64,000 nt of DNA from Octopus vulgaris (Eukaryota). A program made the translations under genes and the position numbers. The notes under the pieces are model-generated. The model saw only the letters and a list, made by a program, of their open reading frames with translations. It had not been told where the DNA came from and did no database searches. Below, one piece after another: positions 13,288 through 26,688 of this stretch (positions within the stretch are counted from its first letter, which is position 1; every line of letters starts with the position of its first letter). Where the stretch lies: contig OX597817.1 in NCBI GenBank assembly GCA_951406725.2, positions 29,326,001-29,390,000 on the forward strand, in the 5' to 3' direction.

Positions 13288-14745
13288 CAGCATCATCATC
13301 ATTTAGTGTCTGTTTTCCATGCTGGCATGGGTTAGGCAGTTTGACTGGAACTGGTAAGCCAGAGAGCTGTACCAGATTTTGGTTTGGTTTCTACAGCTGG
13401 ATGCCCTTCCTAATGCCAACCACTCCAAGAGTGCAGTGGGTGCCTTTCATGTATCACCGGCACTGTCCACAACCATGATTTTACTTGGCTTACCGCCTGA
13501 CTGGCCCTCATGCTGGTGGCACATAAAAAGCACCCACTATACTCTCGGAGTGGTAAGCATTAGGAAGGGCATCCAGCTGTAGAAACTCTGCCAGATCAGA
13601 CTGGAGTCTGGTGCAGCCGTCTGGTTTGCCAGTCTGCAGTCAAATCGTCCAACCCATACTAGCATGGAAAGTGGACGTTAAATGATGATGATGATGATGA
13701 GCCTTCTCAAACAAAGCAAACAGTCAAAGGTCTTGATCATTTGTTATTGCATCCGTGAGATTCAAAATCTGGAGATCCTATTTCACCACCATATCCCATA
13801 TCTTCCTGGGTCTATCTCTTCCACAGGTTTCCTACACAGTTAGGTATTGGCACTTCTTTACACTGCTGTTCTTATTCTTATGCATCACATGATCATACCA
13901 GCACAGTCTTCTCTCTTGCATATCTATGATGCCTCTTGTGCCCAGTTTTTCGCTCAAGGCACTTACACTCTGTTGTACATGCACACTGACATTGCACATC
14001 CAGTGAAGTATACTAGCTTCCTTTCTTTCAAGCCTTTGCATGTCCTCTGCAGCCACAGCCTATGTTTCACTTCCATGTAGTATGGCTGTCTGCACACAGG
14101 CATCATACAATCTGCCTTTCACTTTGAAGGGCAGGCCCTTTGTTATCAACAAAAGTAGAAACTTCTTGAACTTTGTCCAGCTAATTCTTATTCTAGCAGC
14201 TACACTCTCAGGGTACTCCCACTGCTGCCTTGTTCACCCAAATAACTAAAGATATCAACCACTTAAAAGTATCCCCTCTAGTATTTGATGGAGTTTATTT
14301 TCTGTACCTTTCTAGTGTTTATCGTACCTGTATATCTGCTACACACAAAACTATTTTCCCTGTTAACCATCCTCAGATATTGATGCACCTATGTGTCTAT
14401 AGCTTGCGCTGGGTACAACTTATTGAGTTTCTACCTACATCTTTTCTAGATATTGAGCAGGGCCATCTCCCTGAAGAGATCTGTGATTTGTCTGCTTGCC
14501 TACTTACTAAGACTGATTTTTGCTAGATTAACTCTAAGGCCTTTTGATTCTAGACGTTCCTTCCACACATGAGATTTCTTCTCTAGTCCTGGTAGGGATT
14601 CAGCCATAAGAATTAGACCATCAGCTTAAAGGAGTTCACAGGGACAGCCTAACTTAAATTCCTCTGCTATTTTCTGGAAGACTATGTTGAGCAAGAGGGG
14701 GCCGGGAACTGCTCTTTGGTGAACTCCTACTTGCACACTGAATTT
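13288..14745 (-). mobile_element. RTE LINE 3' ~1.2 kb (RT C-terminal half, degraded) with a nested opposite-strand RTE 3' end at ~13495-13700
   Basis: Minus-strand translation VGVHQ, CPCELL*ADGL, EDMQRLERKEASILHWMCNVSV, QERRLCWYDHVM; (CAT)n tail at 13288; second (GAT)n tail at 13683-13700. Confidence 0.85.
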
Positions 14746-14845
14746 ATATATATGCATTTATGTATGTATATATATAGATGAATATATCCTCATCATTCTT
14801 ATCATTTAGTTGTGTATTCGATATTCCATGCAGGATTGAGTAGGA

Positions 14846-14903
14846 CAGTTTGATAGGATCCAGCAGATCTTAGTCCTAAGATCTGCTGGATCCTATCAAA
14901 CTG
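14846..14903. repeat. Perfect 28-bp inverted repeat with 2-nt loop
   Basis: cagtttgataggatccagcagatcttag-tc-ctaagatctgctggatcctatcaaactg. Confidence 0.95.
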
Positions 14904-15054
14904 CAAGACATGACTCCTTGATTGAGGTGCTTGTGGCATTGTGGGAGGTGGTTAATATCAAGTGTTGAGAGGCAAGAGTATGATCGAGGAATAGGAATGG
15001 ATGTCTTGCAGTAGAGAAGATACATGGCTACCCCAGGTGGTGAGGAGGTGTCAA

Positions 15055-15171
15055 GACATAACCTCCAGGTACTACAAGGAGAATGTAAGGGAGATAAAGA
15101 TAAAGCCATATGACATAACCTCCAGGTACTACAAGGAGAATGTAAGGGAGATAAAGATAAAGCCATATGAC
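15055..15171. repeat. 57-bp perfect tandem duplication
   Basis: gacataacctccaggtactacaaggagaatgtaagggagataaagataaagccatat x2. Confidence 0.95.
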
Positions 15172-16069
15172 CCTCGGGGGTCCATATAAGGTTGGATTGT
15201 TAAAATTTATGAGCAGTGAAGTGGTTTTATTTCTATAAAACATAAAATATTTTAACAATTATTTTGTACAAGTCTTAATAATATTTATAAAAAAAATATA
15301 ATAGGATGTTTTAAACATTAAGTGACAATGGGAGAATACAAGAGTAAAGGGGTCCATTGGCAAAAAATAGTTGAGAAACACTGATATTGATGATGCAGGG
15401 TGCACAGTCATTGATGAATATCAGTGTGGGAGAAGTTAAAGGAAATATGAATGGGAGAGGGAGGAGAAAGTGATAAGTGGTAGTACAGAAAGGAGGGTGT
15501 GGAGAACAGAATTGTAATGAAATTATATAGATGAGAAATAGGGTGATGACATAAGATTTGTGGGTGAGAGATGGTGGTTGCTCAGCAAAGAGAACAGAGA
15601 TCAGATCAAGAGTAGTGGAAGACTGATGGTTGATATGACATGGTGTTCTAGACAGGTATGATATGATATTGAAAATGCATGGTAGGTGACATTGGGCGAT
15701 GGCTCCAAGAAGGGGAGAACCTAGTGGCACAAAGTGTCGGGGATTAAATATGTGCATCTCTACTCTCATATATCTATAGTTACAGCAGCTGAGAGATAGT
15801 GCTGTAGTTAGAAGAGTGATGGAGGGATAGGTTTTGAGAAGATGGGTCATAGGGATGGCTTGAATGTGGGGGCATAGACTAAACAATATGTTAATTTTTG
15901 CCAGAGTGGAGAAATTTTCTTGAGCATAGTTAATCACTAGTCATCTTGGTCCTTTGTCATCACTTCTATACACTTACACACACACACACACACAAATATA
16001 GAATAGTGGTACAACAATGCACCAATATTTACTGAAAATAGCAGTCAATATACAATGATATGTATATTT

Positions 16070-16838
16070 TATATGCCACCTGCACAGAAGTCAGTCCAGC
16101 GGCACTGGCAACAACCTCGCTCAAATGTTTTTTCATGTGCCACTGGCACAAGTGCCAATAAGGTGACACTGGTAACAATCACGCTCGACTGGTACTTTTT
16201 ACATGCCACCGGCATGGAAGCCAGTCAGCTGCTCTGGCAATAATCATACTCGGATGGTGCTCTTAGTGCTCTGCTAGCACAGATACCAGTCATTGAATTC
16301 GGTCTCGATTTCCCTTGCCTCATGGACACTAAACTCTGCTTGCGAAGACCTGTTGAGGCAAGTGAAATCGAAATCAAATTCGCTGACTGGCATCTGTGCT
16401 AGTGGAGCGCTAAGAGCACCATCCGAGCGTGATCGTTGCCAGAACAGCTAACTGGTTTCCGTGCTGGTGGCACATAAAAAGCACCATTCGAGTGTGATCG
16501 TTACCAGCATCACCTTACTGGCACTTGCGCTGGTGGCACGTGAAAAAACATTTGAGTGAGGTCGTTGCCAGTGCTACTGGACTGGCTCCTGTGCAGGTGG
16601 CATGTAAAAAACACCATAGCCATTGGCAGTACCATGTGACTGGTCCTCGTGCCAGTGGAACATAAAAGCACACACTACACACTCGAAGTGACTGGTATTA
16701 GAAAGAGCATCCAGCTGTAGAAACTCTGCCAGATCAGATTGGAGCCTGGCGCAGTCATCTGGTTCACCAGTCCTCAGTCAAAATGTCCAACCCATGCTAG
16801 CATGGAAAGCGGAAGTTAAACGATGATGATGATGATGA
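16070..16838. mobile_element. Head-to-head pair of RTE family C 3' UTRs
   Basis: 16070-16322 in minus orientation, 16323-16838 in plus orientation with (GAT)n tail; both cover the same UTR region. Confidence 0.85.
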
Positions 16839-16878
16839 TATATATACATACCTATCTATCTATATATATATACATACA

Positions 16879-16913
<35 letters not shown>

Positions 16914-17258
16914 GCGCATACACTCAGTAAATTGGCTAGCATTAGGAAGGGTATCCACTCACAGAGATTTCTGAAATTCTATGAAATTTATATCAAATGA
17001 AACTTCAGTATTTTATTTGTTTTGAAAGAATATTTATCATTTACTAGAAGCAATTTAAAGAAATAATCTTGCAATGAACAAATTCATACCCCATTGCATT
17101 AATGTGTCACTATTAAAGTCTTCATCTTCACAGTGTATTTAGGACAAGTTATTTTAACTATGTTCATCATCATCCTCTCAAAACGAAAAAAATTCAGTAC
17201 AACACTATAAGTTAATAAAACACTTGTTAATTTTTTTTTGTTCTTACATTGTTTAAAC

Positions 17259-17638
17259 CAGGCACGTGCTGTCAGTAATTACTCAGGGTAGGCAGTTAGT
17301 GACTTTTATGTAGTAAAACACACAAAAAAAAATAAGCAAAACACAGGTGCGCAACTGAATTGTAGGCAGATTTACTTCTGCCTTTATAGTGCGTCAAGAA
17401 AATGTTGTTGTAGGAATGTACGCAGCACATGTACTACAGCAGTTCTATGCTAGCTTTAATACTGAGATTGAAAGGCAGGGGCAAATTATGCTTGTATTTT
17501 ATGCCTAGTAATCAGAATAACCATCATAGTTTTATTGAATTAGGTGCATATTTTGCCATAAAAGGAAAATATTACTATCGATCTATTTTATTCAGGGTAG
17601 GCACAGCCTACCTTGCCTACCCAGGCAGCACCTCCCTG
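17259..17638. mobile_element. hAT-type MITE
   Basis: 8-bp TSD gtttaaac (17251-17258 and 17639-17646); imperfect TIRs caggcacgtgctg / cagcacctccctg; subterminal agggtaggca repeats. Confidence 0.8.
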
Positions 17639-18232
17639 GTTTAAACCATAGATTTTGCTAACATTTTCATCTATTTACTGCTTGGTGAAGTGAGAGCTAA
17701 GTGAAGAGAAACTACAAATGAAGAGAATGCAAGCAACTAACTCTATTGTTAGTAAGCTAATATTGTCTTCTCTTCTACACACATAAGGAACTTGATATAT
17801 TACAATAATTTTATTTATTCACAGTAATGTGGTTGTTTTATTTGGAATGCACAATTTCTTGCATATAATAATTGCTATAAACTTGAAATAATAAGAAACA
17901 GATCATGTTTTTGCATTAGAGAAAAATAACTTCTCATGAAAAAATATGGAAAATTAGATATAAAAATGATGGACATTTAATATGGACATTTGTTAGACAT
18001 TTAATATGAATTCCTATCACAAAAATAAGTTTCTTCATTTAGTGAGATTAGTGTTATCAATTATATTGATGCCAGTGTTTCAGCAATGCATATTTTAATG
18101 GTCCCACAAGAATGAAAGATGATAACACACTTAAGATTGGTACTCAGGATGTAAAGAGCTGTAACCAAATACATGACATTTTGCTCACCTTTCCACTAAA
18201 TCTATCAATCCAACATACTCTCTACACTTTTT

Positions 18233-18461
18233 TTTTTTACTCTTTTACTTGTTTCAGTCATTTGACTGCAGCTATGCTGGAGCACCATCTTTAGTTGAGC
18301 AAATTGACCCCAGGACTTATACTTTGTAAGAATAGTACTTATTCTATCAGTCTCTTTTGCCGAACTGCTAAGTTACGGGGACGTAAAAACACCAGCCTCG
18401 GTTGTCAAGCGATGTTGGGGGGACAAACACAGACACACAAACATATACACACACGTACATA

Positions 18462-18497
<36 letters not shown>

Positions 18498-18697
18498 CAT
18501 ATATACGATGGGCTTCTTTCAGTTTCCATCTATCAAATCCACTTACAAGGCTTTGGTTGGCCCAAGACTCTTGCCCAAGTAGAAAACTCTTGCCCAAGGT
18601 GCCATCCTGTGCGACTGGACCCAGAACCATGTGGTTGGTAAGCTATCTACTGAAATCTTTATTATAGGCACTAACTACTTACCACACAGCCACTCCT
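18233..18697 (-). mobile_element. SINE family A
   Basis: Reverse complement of family A, with small internal duplications. Confidence 0.85.
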
Positions 18698-18854
18698 ACG
18701 AATGTGAAAACTAATTTAATAAATAACCAATAAGGCTAATACATAGTGTAATCTATCAAAGTGTAAATATCTGAAAAGAAACAAACAAAAAAAACAATTT
18801 TGTTTCATAAATACGAAATTTATATAATGAATCATCATCATAAATATTTATTTA

Positions 18855-19155
18855 TTCTATTGGTCCCTTTTGCTGAATCGCTAAGTTACGGGGGCGTAAA
18901 CACACCAGCATTGGTTGTCAAGCGATGTTGGGGGGACAAACACAGACACACAAACATATGCACACACATACACACACATATATATATATACATATATATG
19001 ACGGGCTTCTTTCAGTTTCTGTCTACCAAATCCACTCACAAGGCTTTGGTCAGCCCGAGGCTATGGTAGAAGACACTTGCCCCAGATTCCATGTAGTGGG
19101 ACTGAACCCAGAACCATGTGGTTGGTAAGCAAGTTACTTACCATGCAGCCACTCA
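18855..19155 (-). mobile_element. SINE family A, 3'-truncated
   Basis: Reverse complement of head and middle. Confidence 0.85.
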
Positions 19156-19407
19156 CGTTCAATATAATTTTTTGTTAAAACAAAGAAAGCTTATAATAAT
19201 GAATCATAGACTGCAAGAGTAAATATATATTTAGTTAAAATGCCACAGGGACAATTAGTTTTGCTTATCATGCGTTATTCCACATAAATTACTTCATTTC
19301 TTTTCTTGTATATAATAAAATAATTCTGGTTTAATTAGTTCAGGTCATTTCATCAGAAATACTAGCCCATCTTTGCATTCTAATTATAGTCCGTTTACTT
19401 TATATAT

Positions 19408-19790
19408 TTAGATCCCATCCTTGCTTCTCCCACACCCCAACACCACACCACCACCACCACAAACCACCACACCACAACCACCACCACTCCATCCCGCACA
19501 CACTAGCACTGACCACTTCCCAGCACCTACGCCATCATCCACACACTTATACATGCACACACACACACACACATCAATGTCACCAGCCTCCTTCCACATA
19601 CACGCACACCTTCATTTTGGGATCACCACTACTTTATTATCTTCACTACTTTATTATCTCCCCTTCTTCCTAGCTCTCCTGTATGACCCCTCTGTCCGGC
19701 ATTCACCATGATAGATTGTTAGCCTCTATACCTTTTTCTATCTTCTCTTCCTGTTTATTTCTGTGTTCCTTTCTGCCGAAGAGCATATTC
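19408..19790 (+). mobile_element. Penelope-like 3' UTR fragment (same family as 38870-39770)
   Basis: Shares accttcattt(t)gggatcacca.yactttattatct and ctttctgYYgaagagc with the 38870-39770 element. Confidence 0.55.
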
Positions 19791-19902
19791 CACAAAATAT
19801 CTCTAAACATATTTAGTCTGTATTCTTGTAAGTACCTTTTTACATATGCAATCAGAAATGGAACTACCCTGGTGTTTTAGGGAACACATGACATAAGTAA
19901 AA

Positions 19903-20236
19903 GGGTAAACACCCCCTTTAGTCATGAATGACCATGGGATTGGACCTTGAAAGTTCCCCTCCAAGGCACAAGTCCAGGCGAGGTTGTGTATGGAAGACCA
20001 GCAGTTACTCACACATATCAGCCTCCCCTCTCCAAACCACTGATGTTACCCAAGAGAAAGGCAAAGGCCAATACAGCTTGGCACCAGTGACATCACAACT
20101 CGTTTCTATGGCTGAGTGAACTGGAGCAACGTGAAATAAAGTGTCTTGCTCAAGAACACAACACACAGTCTAGTCTGGAAATCAAACCTAATACCTTGTG
20201 ATTGCAAGCCTGGCACTCTAACCACTGAGCCATGAG
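19903..20236 (-). mobile_element. CORE-like SINE (tRNA head)
   Basis: Minus strand tggctcagtggttagag..., tgttgtgttcttgagcaagacactttatttcacgttgctccagttcactcagc. Confidence 0.75.
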
Positions 20237-20579
20237 TCTACAGAAAGCACAAAAAGAACATAGAGAGATTTGGAAATGCAATCAACTAATATCTCATCAA
20301 ATATTCCCCTTAGTTTTAAATCCAAACTACTTTTCACTAGATGTCATATTATTCTTACATAAACATTACACATTACATCCTGTATTGTACAGTGAAAAGA
20401 ATTTCAATCAATGATTGTAAAATTACTGCCTCTTTCATTATCATACAATAATCAATAGTAATAATAATCAGATAATAGTGATTAGATAATAGTCATTAGA
20501 TAATAATGATTATTATCTGGCTCTTAGTTAACAAATTTGTTACAATGGAAGCATGTATAGCAAAGTGTCTTGTCACAAG

Positions 20580-20925
20580 CATCTGATACATCACACAGTG
20601 GTCAGTCACAATCAACACACATATAAAATAGTGGCTAATTGCAACTCATTTATGTAATAAAGTGGTCATCAAAAGTTACCAGCAATGATACTAACAGACT
20701 AGACACAATCATGTAACAAAACAATTTATCTAGTCATAGTTACTAGATATGTAACAAAATCAGACCGGACACAGTCACCAGATATGCAACAAAAACAGGT
20801 CAGTCACGGTAGTAGATAAGTTACAAATTAGACTTGCCAATATCACCAGGTAATCAATATACTGGGCTTCTTCACAATCACCAGGTATATAACAAAAACA
20901 GGCCAGTCACTGTCATGCAGGTAAC
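20580..20925. repeat. Degenerate ~35-bp minisatellite
   Basis: Recurring cagtcaccagatatgYaacaaaaacaggYcagtca-like units; the same units recur at 22280-22520. Confidence 0.55.
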
Positions 20926-20956
20926 CACTGGATTTATATATTTGTCTAATGTAAAG

Positions 20957-21173
20957 GGCGGCAGCTGGCAGAATCGTTAGCACATCGGGCGAAATGCTTA
21001 GCAGTATTTCGTCTGCCGTTACGTTCTAAGTTCAAATTCTGCCGAGGTCGACTTTGCCTTTCATCCTTTCAGGGTCGATAAATTAAGTACCAGTTACACA
21101 CTGGGGTCGATGTAACCGACTTAAGCCCTTTGTCCCCTCTGTGTTTAGCCCCCCTGTGGGCAATAAAGAAATA
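20957..21173 (+). mobile_element. SINE family B
   Basis: Full head to tail; TSD tatatatttgtctaatgt. Confidence 0.9.
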
Positions 21174-21322
21174 TATATTTGTCTAATGTCAATTTTTCTA
21201 TTCTAGCATTGGCTGGATGGGGGGCTTAACTAAGGTAGCATTTTACTGCTGGATGCTCTTCCTGTCAACATATAACACATACTTGTTTTTCAAGGAAGAA
21301 AAATTATATTCCATTAATATCT

Positions 21323-21550
21323 TATTTCTTTATTGCCCACAAAGGGTTAAACATAGAGGGGACAAACAAGGACAGACAAAGGGATTAAGTTGATTACATC
21401 AACACCAGTGTATAACTGGTACTTAATTTATTGACCCTGAAAGGATGAAAGGCTAAGTCAACCTCGGCGGAATTTGAACTCAGAACGTAGTGGCAGGTGA
21501 AATACCTCTAAGCATTTCGCCCGGCGTGCTAACATTTCTGCCAGCTCGCC
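21323..21550 (-). mobile_element. SINE family B
   Basis: Reverse complement of family B. Confidence 0.9.
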
Positions 21551-21587
21551 TGTTGTAATGTCAACAAGGAATGTATACATCATATAC

Positions 21588-21768
21588 ACCACTCTCGGAG
21601 TGGTTGGCATTAGGAAGGACATCCAGCTGTAGAAACACTGCCAGATCTGACTGGCCTGGTGTAGCCTTCGGGCTTGCCAGACCCCAGTTGAACCGTCCAA
21701 CCCATGCTAGCATGGAAAGCGGATGTTAAACGATGATGATGATGATGCTGATGATGATGATGATGATG
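21588..21768 (+). mobile_element. RTE family C extreme 3' end
   Basis: ggttggcattaggaagg.catccagctgtagaaa...gcatggaaagcgga.gttaaac(gat)n. Confidence 0.85.
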
Positions 21769-21827
21769 AATGTTTCACTCATACAGGGACAAATGAAGCC
21801 ATTGACTGTCAACATTCACACATATAT

Positions 21828-22058
21828 ATTTCTTTACTGCCCACAAGGGGCTAAACATAGAGAGGACGAACAAGGACAGACAAAGGGAGTAAGTCAATTA
21901 CATCGACCCCAGTGCAAAACTGGTACTTTGTTTATCGACCCCGAAAGGATGATAGGTGAAGTCAACCTCGGCGGAATTTGAACTCAGAACGTAACGACAG
22001 ACGAAATACCTCTAAGCATTTCACCCGGCGCGCTAACGTTTCTGCCAGCTCGTCGCCT
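21828..22058 (-). mobile_element. SINE family B
   Basis: Reverse complement of family B. Confidence 0.9.
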
Positions 22059-22794
22059 TATATGCATATATGCATGCAAGGACACAATCATGCACACACA
22101 CACACTTGATTTGATGGGCTTTCATACAGCTTCTGTCTAGCAGTTTCACTCACAAGGCATCAATAGAAGGGGGCTTATAGTAGAAGACATCCTGCACAAG
22201 GTGCTGTGCCATGGAACTGAACCTGAAACCATGCAATTGTAAGACGAACATCTTAAACACACAGCCATGCCTGCACCAATTGGTCATTCAAAATCAATCA
22301 CTACGTTAGTCACAGTTACCAGGCACATTCACAAATAAACCAGTCACAGACATGGGACATGTAATAAATAGCCCGCCCGTTCACAATCAACAGATACATA
22401 ACAAAGTGGCCAATAACCAGATGTCTAATGAGCAGGCCAGTCAAAACCACGAGACATTTAACAAATAAGCTAATTATAATCAACGGATATCTACCAAACA
22501 TAAAAACCATACACACGATAGCAGTTTGTAGTCATGTGACTGATAATCCTGTTGCAATCAACTGTCTCATGATTAATGATGCAACTATCTGATTCCAATT
22601 ACTTCCAGTGAAAGAAAATAATCTGTAAGAACAATATCACATCATTTATAAATATATTTTTGTAGGTTTTCTAATTTGTCATTTTAAAATTTCCTAAACT
22701 TTAATGCCAATCAAATATTGTTAAAAAAAATCGTTTATATACGCTATACACAAATACATAGTCATACTGAATAATACACACACAATAACATACT

Positions 22795-22795
22795 A

Positions 22796-22851
<56 letters not shown>

Positions 22852-23703
22852 CATACACATACATAAATATATATATACACATACATACACACATATATAT
22901 ATACACATACATACACACATAAATATATATATACACATACACACATATATATATATATACACATACATACACACACACATATATATATATATACACATAC
23001 ATACACACATATATATATATATATATATATACACATACATACACACATATATATATATATATATACACATACATACACACATATATATATATATATATAT
23101 ACACATACATACACACATATATATATATATATATACACATACATACACATATATATATATACACATACATACACACATATATATATATACACATACATAC
23201 ACACACACATATATATATATATACACACATACACACACATATATATATATACACATACATACACACATATATATATATATATATACACATACACACACAT
23301 ATATATATATATACACATACATACACATATATATATATATATACACATACACACATATATATATATATATACACATACATACACACATATATATATATAT
23401 ATACACATACATACACACATATATATATACACATACATACACACATATATATATACACATACATACACATATATATATATATATATACACATACATACAC
23501 ATATATATATATACACATACATACACACATATATATATACACATACATACACACATATATATATATATATATATATACACATACATACACACATATATAT
23601 ATATACACATACATACACACACATATATATACACATACTTACACACACACACATATATATATACACATACATACATATATAAATATATATATATATACAC
23701 ACA
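22795..23703. repeat. ~900-bp higher-order microsatellite [(TA)n-CACATACATACACACA]n
   Basis: Direct reading; produces the 275-337 aa spurious ORFs. Confidence 0.95.
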
Positions 23704-25362
23704 TTCAAACTCACACAGATTTATCAAGCTTTTGCATATGTGTTCCCACTTTTTAAAAAATCATAAGTATAAGTATGTACATTTGCTTATCATCATCATC
23801 ATCATTTAGTGTCCGCTTTCCATGCTAGCATATATATATATACACACACACACGAACTTACCATGTATACTGATATGCACTTGAACTGATCACACATATA
23901 CTTCACACACACATATGTAGATTAATTCTCAAATGCACATATACACATGTACATGCACATACACACTTCTGCTCTAATCCATGTTTGGAGTTGTGTATAG
24001 TAAGTATTTAAATAAACATATATAACAAATATACATACAAACACAAATACACACACACACGTATATACATACATATATATATATATACATTCATACATAC
24101 ACACATATTTATATCTAAGAGTTTCTTAGCAGTTGTTTATTTTCTAGTTTCCTACACTCTGCTTCAAGTAAAAAAACAAATTTTTTCCTTCATTTTTTTT
24201 TTTAATCCTTTTCTATTTTGCTTCTACTTTTCTTTTTTTTTTTTTTATTGTAGAAGGAAACATCAGAACATTTCGACATATTAAAAGTCAGTCTTTTGTA
24301 GCTGGAAGCTTCTCTAATTATTACAACTTGTCTTGAGGAGAATTCAGTGATTGCTTTCAGATCTTTCGTTACAAAGGAAAACATAACAATAGCCAGATAT
24401 TTCATAAAAGCATACTAATTTGAGAAGCAAGGCCAAGTTGAAAGGCCTTTGAACATGTGTAGTTTATCATCATCATCATCATCAACATCATCATCATCGT
24501 CATCATCATCATCATTTGACAATAACAACAACAACAACACTGACTATACTGGAATAGAATAGATAGACTTAATCTATTGCCTATTGTTTCTTCCTTCAAT
24601 TCTTCTATAAATCCTCATCTTTCCAGATTAGTTCTTACTAACTAAAATCTGATTAATCTAGTCTCTCCTTTGTCCAATCAGTGTTATTACATTTTCCAGT
24701 TTATCTAACATAATGATTTCTGATATAGTCATGAGGCCATATATTTTGACTAGGTAGAGTAGGTAATTATATTGCCCCTAAAACCTTAACCGGTACTTTA
24801 TTTTATCTATCCTAGAAGGCTGAAAGGCAAAGTTGATCATGGTCAGATAAACAATGTTGATTTTTACCAATGACACAAATCTATAAATTTTGGGGAAAGG
24901 AGCGGTCAGTTAAAAATTCTCTTCTGGATTTTTTCTGGTTCTTATTTTATCAGCCACAGTAAAAAAATATGAAAAACAGATTTGACTTTAGTAGGATTTG
25001 AAGAAAGCCATAAAGAGATGCGTCTACATACTGCAGTGAGAGCATTTTCTTTGACATTCTGTCAGTCAGCTGCTCTGTAAGTAAAACTCTAAACAATCTC
25101 ACTTCTTTTCCTTCTTTCTTTCTCCCTCTCTTCTATACAAAGCCACAGATTTACAAAAAATTGTGAGCAAAATTTGGTAGACAGAAGCCTCTCGTGTATA
25201 ATATGCATGCACACACACATTGTTTTGAAAATATAATCTGTGCTTTACAAAGTTCCTTTTCAGGTAGCATCTACCTAATGCTACAGTGGGACTTTCTCTC
25301 TCACTGGATATACATGTGGAAATCCACAAATATTCGTAGAGTATAAACAAAAAATAATAATA

Positions 25363-26080
25363 TCATCATCGTTTAACGTCTGCTTTCCATGCTAGCATGG
25401 GTTGGACGGTTCAACTGGGGTCTGGGAAGCCCGAAGGCTGCACCAGGCCAGTCAGATCTGGCAATGTTTCTACAGCTGGATGCCCTTCCTAATGCCAACC
25501 ACTCCGTGAGTTTAGTGGGTGATTTTTACGTGCCACCGGCACAGGTGCCAGACGAGGTTGGCGAACGGCCACACTCGGATGGTGTTTTTTACATGCCACC
25601 GGCACGGAGGCCAGGCGGGGCTGGCATGGCCACAATTGGATGGTGTTTGTTACGTGCCCACAGCACGGAGGCCAGTGAATGCGGTACTGGCTACGACCAC
25701 GTTCGGATGGTTTTCTTATGTGCCACCGGCACTGGTACCACAAAATACAAGTTCCATTGATGCTCATCGATTTTGATTTGATTTGATTTTCACTTGCCTC
25801 AACAGGTCTTCACAAGTGTCCCAAGAAGGAAGGTATGCACAGGTGGACTGACTACGTCCCTGGTAGGGGCCATGGGTTATGGCCTCATGTGTCCTGCCAG
25901 GTCTTCTCGTGCACAGCATACTTCCAAAGGTCTCGGTCTCTGGTCATTTCCTCGGTGAGATCTAAAGCGCGAAGGTCGTTCTTCACCACCTCGTCCCAGG
26001 TTTTCCTGGGTCTACCTCTTCCACAGGTTCCCTCAACCGCTAGGGTGTGGCACTTTTTCACACAACTATCTTCATCCATT
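25363..26080 (-). mobile_element. RTE LINE 3' end with ORF C-terminus
   Basis: ORF 25885-26079 DEDSCVKKCHTLAVEGTCGRGRPRKTWDEVVKNDLRAL...DRDLWKYAV is the typical RTE C-terminus (GRP..TW, DR..W), followed by the repeat-array UTR and (GAT)n tail. Confidence 0.92.
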
Positions 26081-26688
26081 CTGAATTGAACAAGCTTTAT
26101 TATGTGTCACTACAATTGTTTCAACACACCGTTATCAGTTGTTCATTGCTGGATGTTTTATATATTATACACAATGTTGCATTAATACCACTCAGCAATA
26201 ACTGTATATGTGCATCTTCAGGTGAATAGAGTCAAAATAGATTCAAGAGCAGAAATATCAAATTTCTAAATATCTCATAGAGATATATACGGTGGTGAAG
26301 CAATAGAGTGGTTGTATACTGTCAACTTATTGTGACAGTCCTGTAAGGGAATTGCACCACCGCTGTTTAGCCCTAGGAAGCATCGATGCTTCCTGTCAGC
26401 CTTGACACATTTCCTGTGTCCTTATATATTATAGATTCAAGAGCTTTTGGCTCTATTCATCCAGGAATGATCATATATGGCTATTGCTGAGACATATTAA
26501 TACAATGTTGTGTATGTTTTATGTAACAGCTGGTAATGAAGAATTGAAATACTTGGAGTGATACATCATAAAATCTGTTCAATCTATTTTCCCATATTAA
26601 TATATACACATGTGAGTCCTTATGCGTATGTTTGTATGAGTGAGTTTGGGTTTTCCCTAATTTTGACATGTATTTGCTGACTGTCACT

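Noticed and set aside
15311-15937. 208-aa ORF / possible PLE endonuclease tail
   Set aside because: Pyrimidine-rich low-complexity translation with only a vague IF....P.G resemblance; not enough to call.
22701-23809. Long ORFs of 275-337 aa on both strands
   Set aside because: Translation of a TA/CA microsatellite that lacks stop codons; the same applies to ORFs at 5082-5826, 46213-46960, 58025-58564 and 60089-60437.
24240-24400. Candidate host exon after a poly-T/AG acceptor
   Set aside because: All three frames hit stops quickly, there is no convincing donor, and no recognisable protein; small host exons elsewhere cannot be excluded without RNA data.
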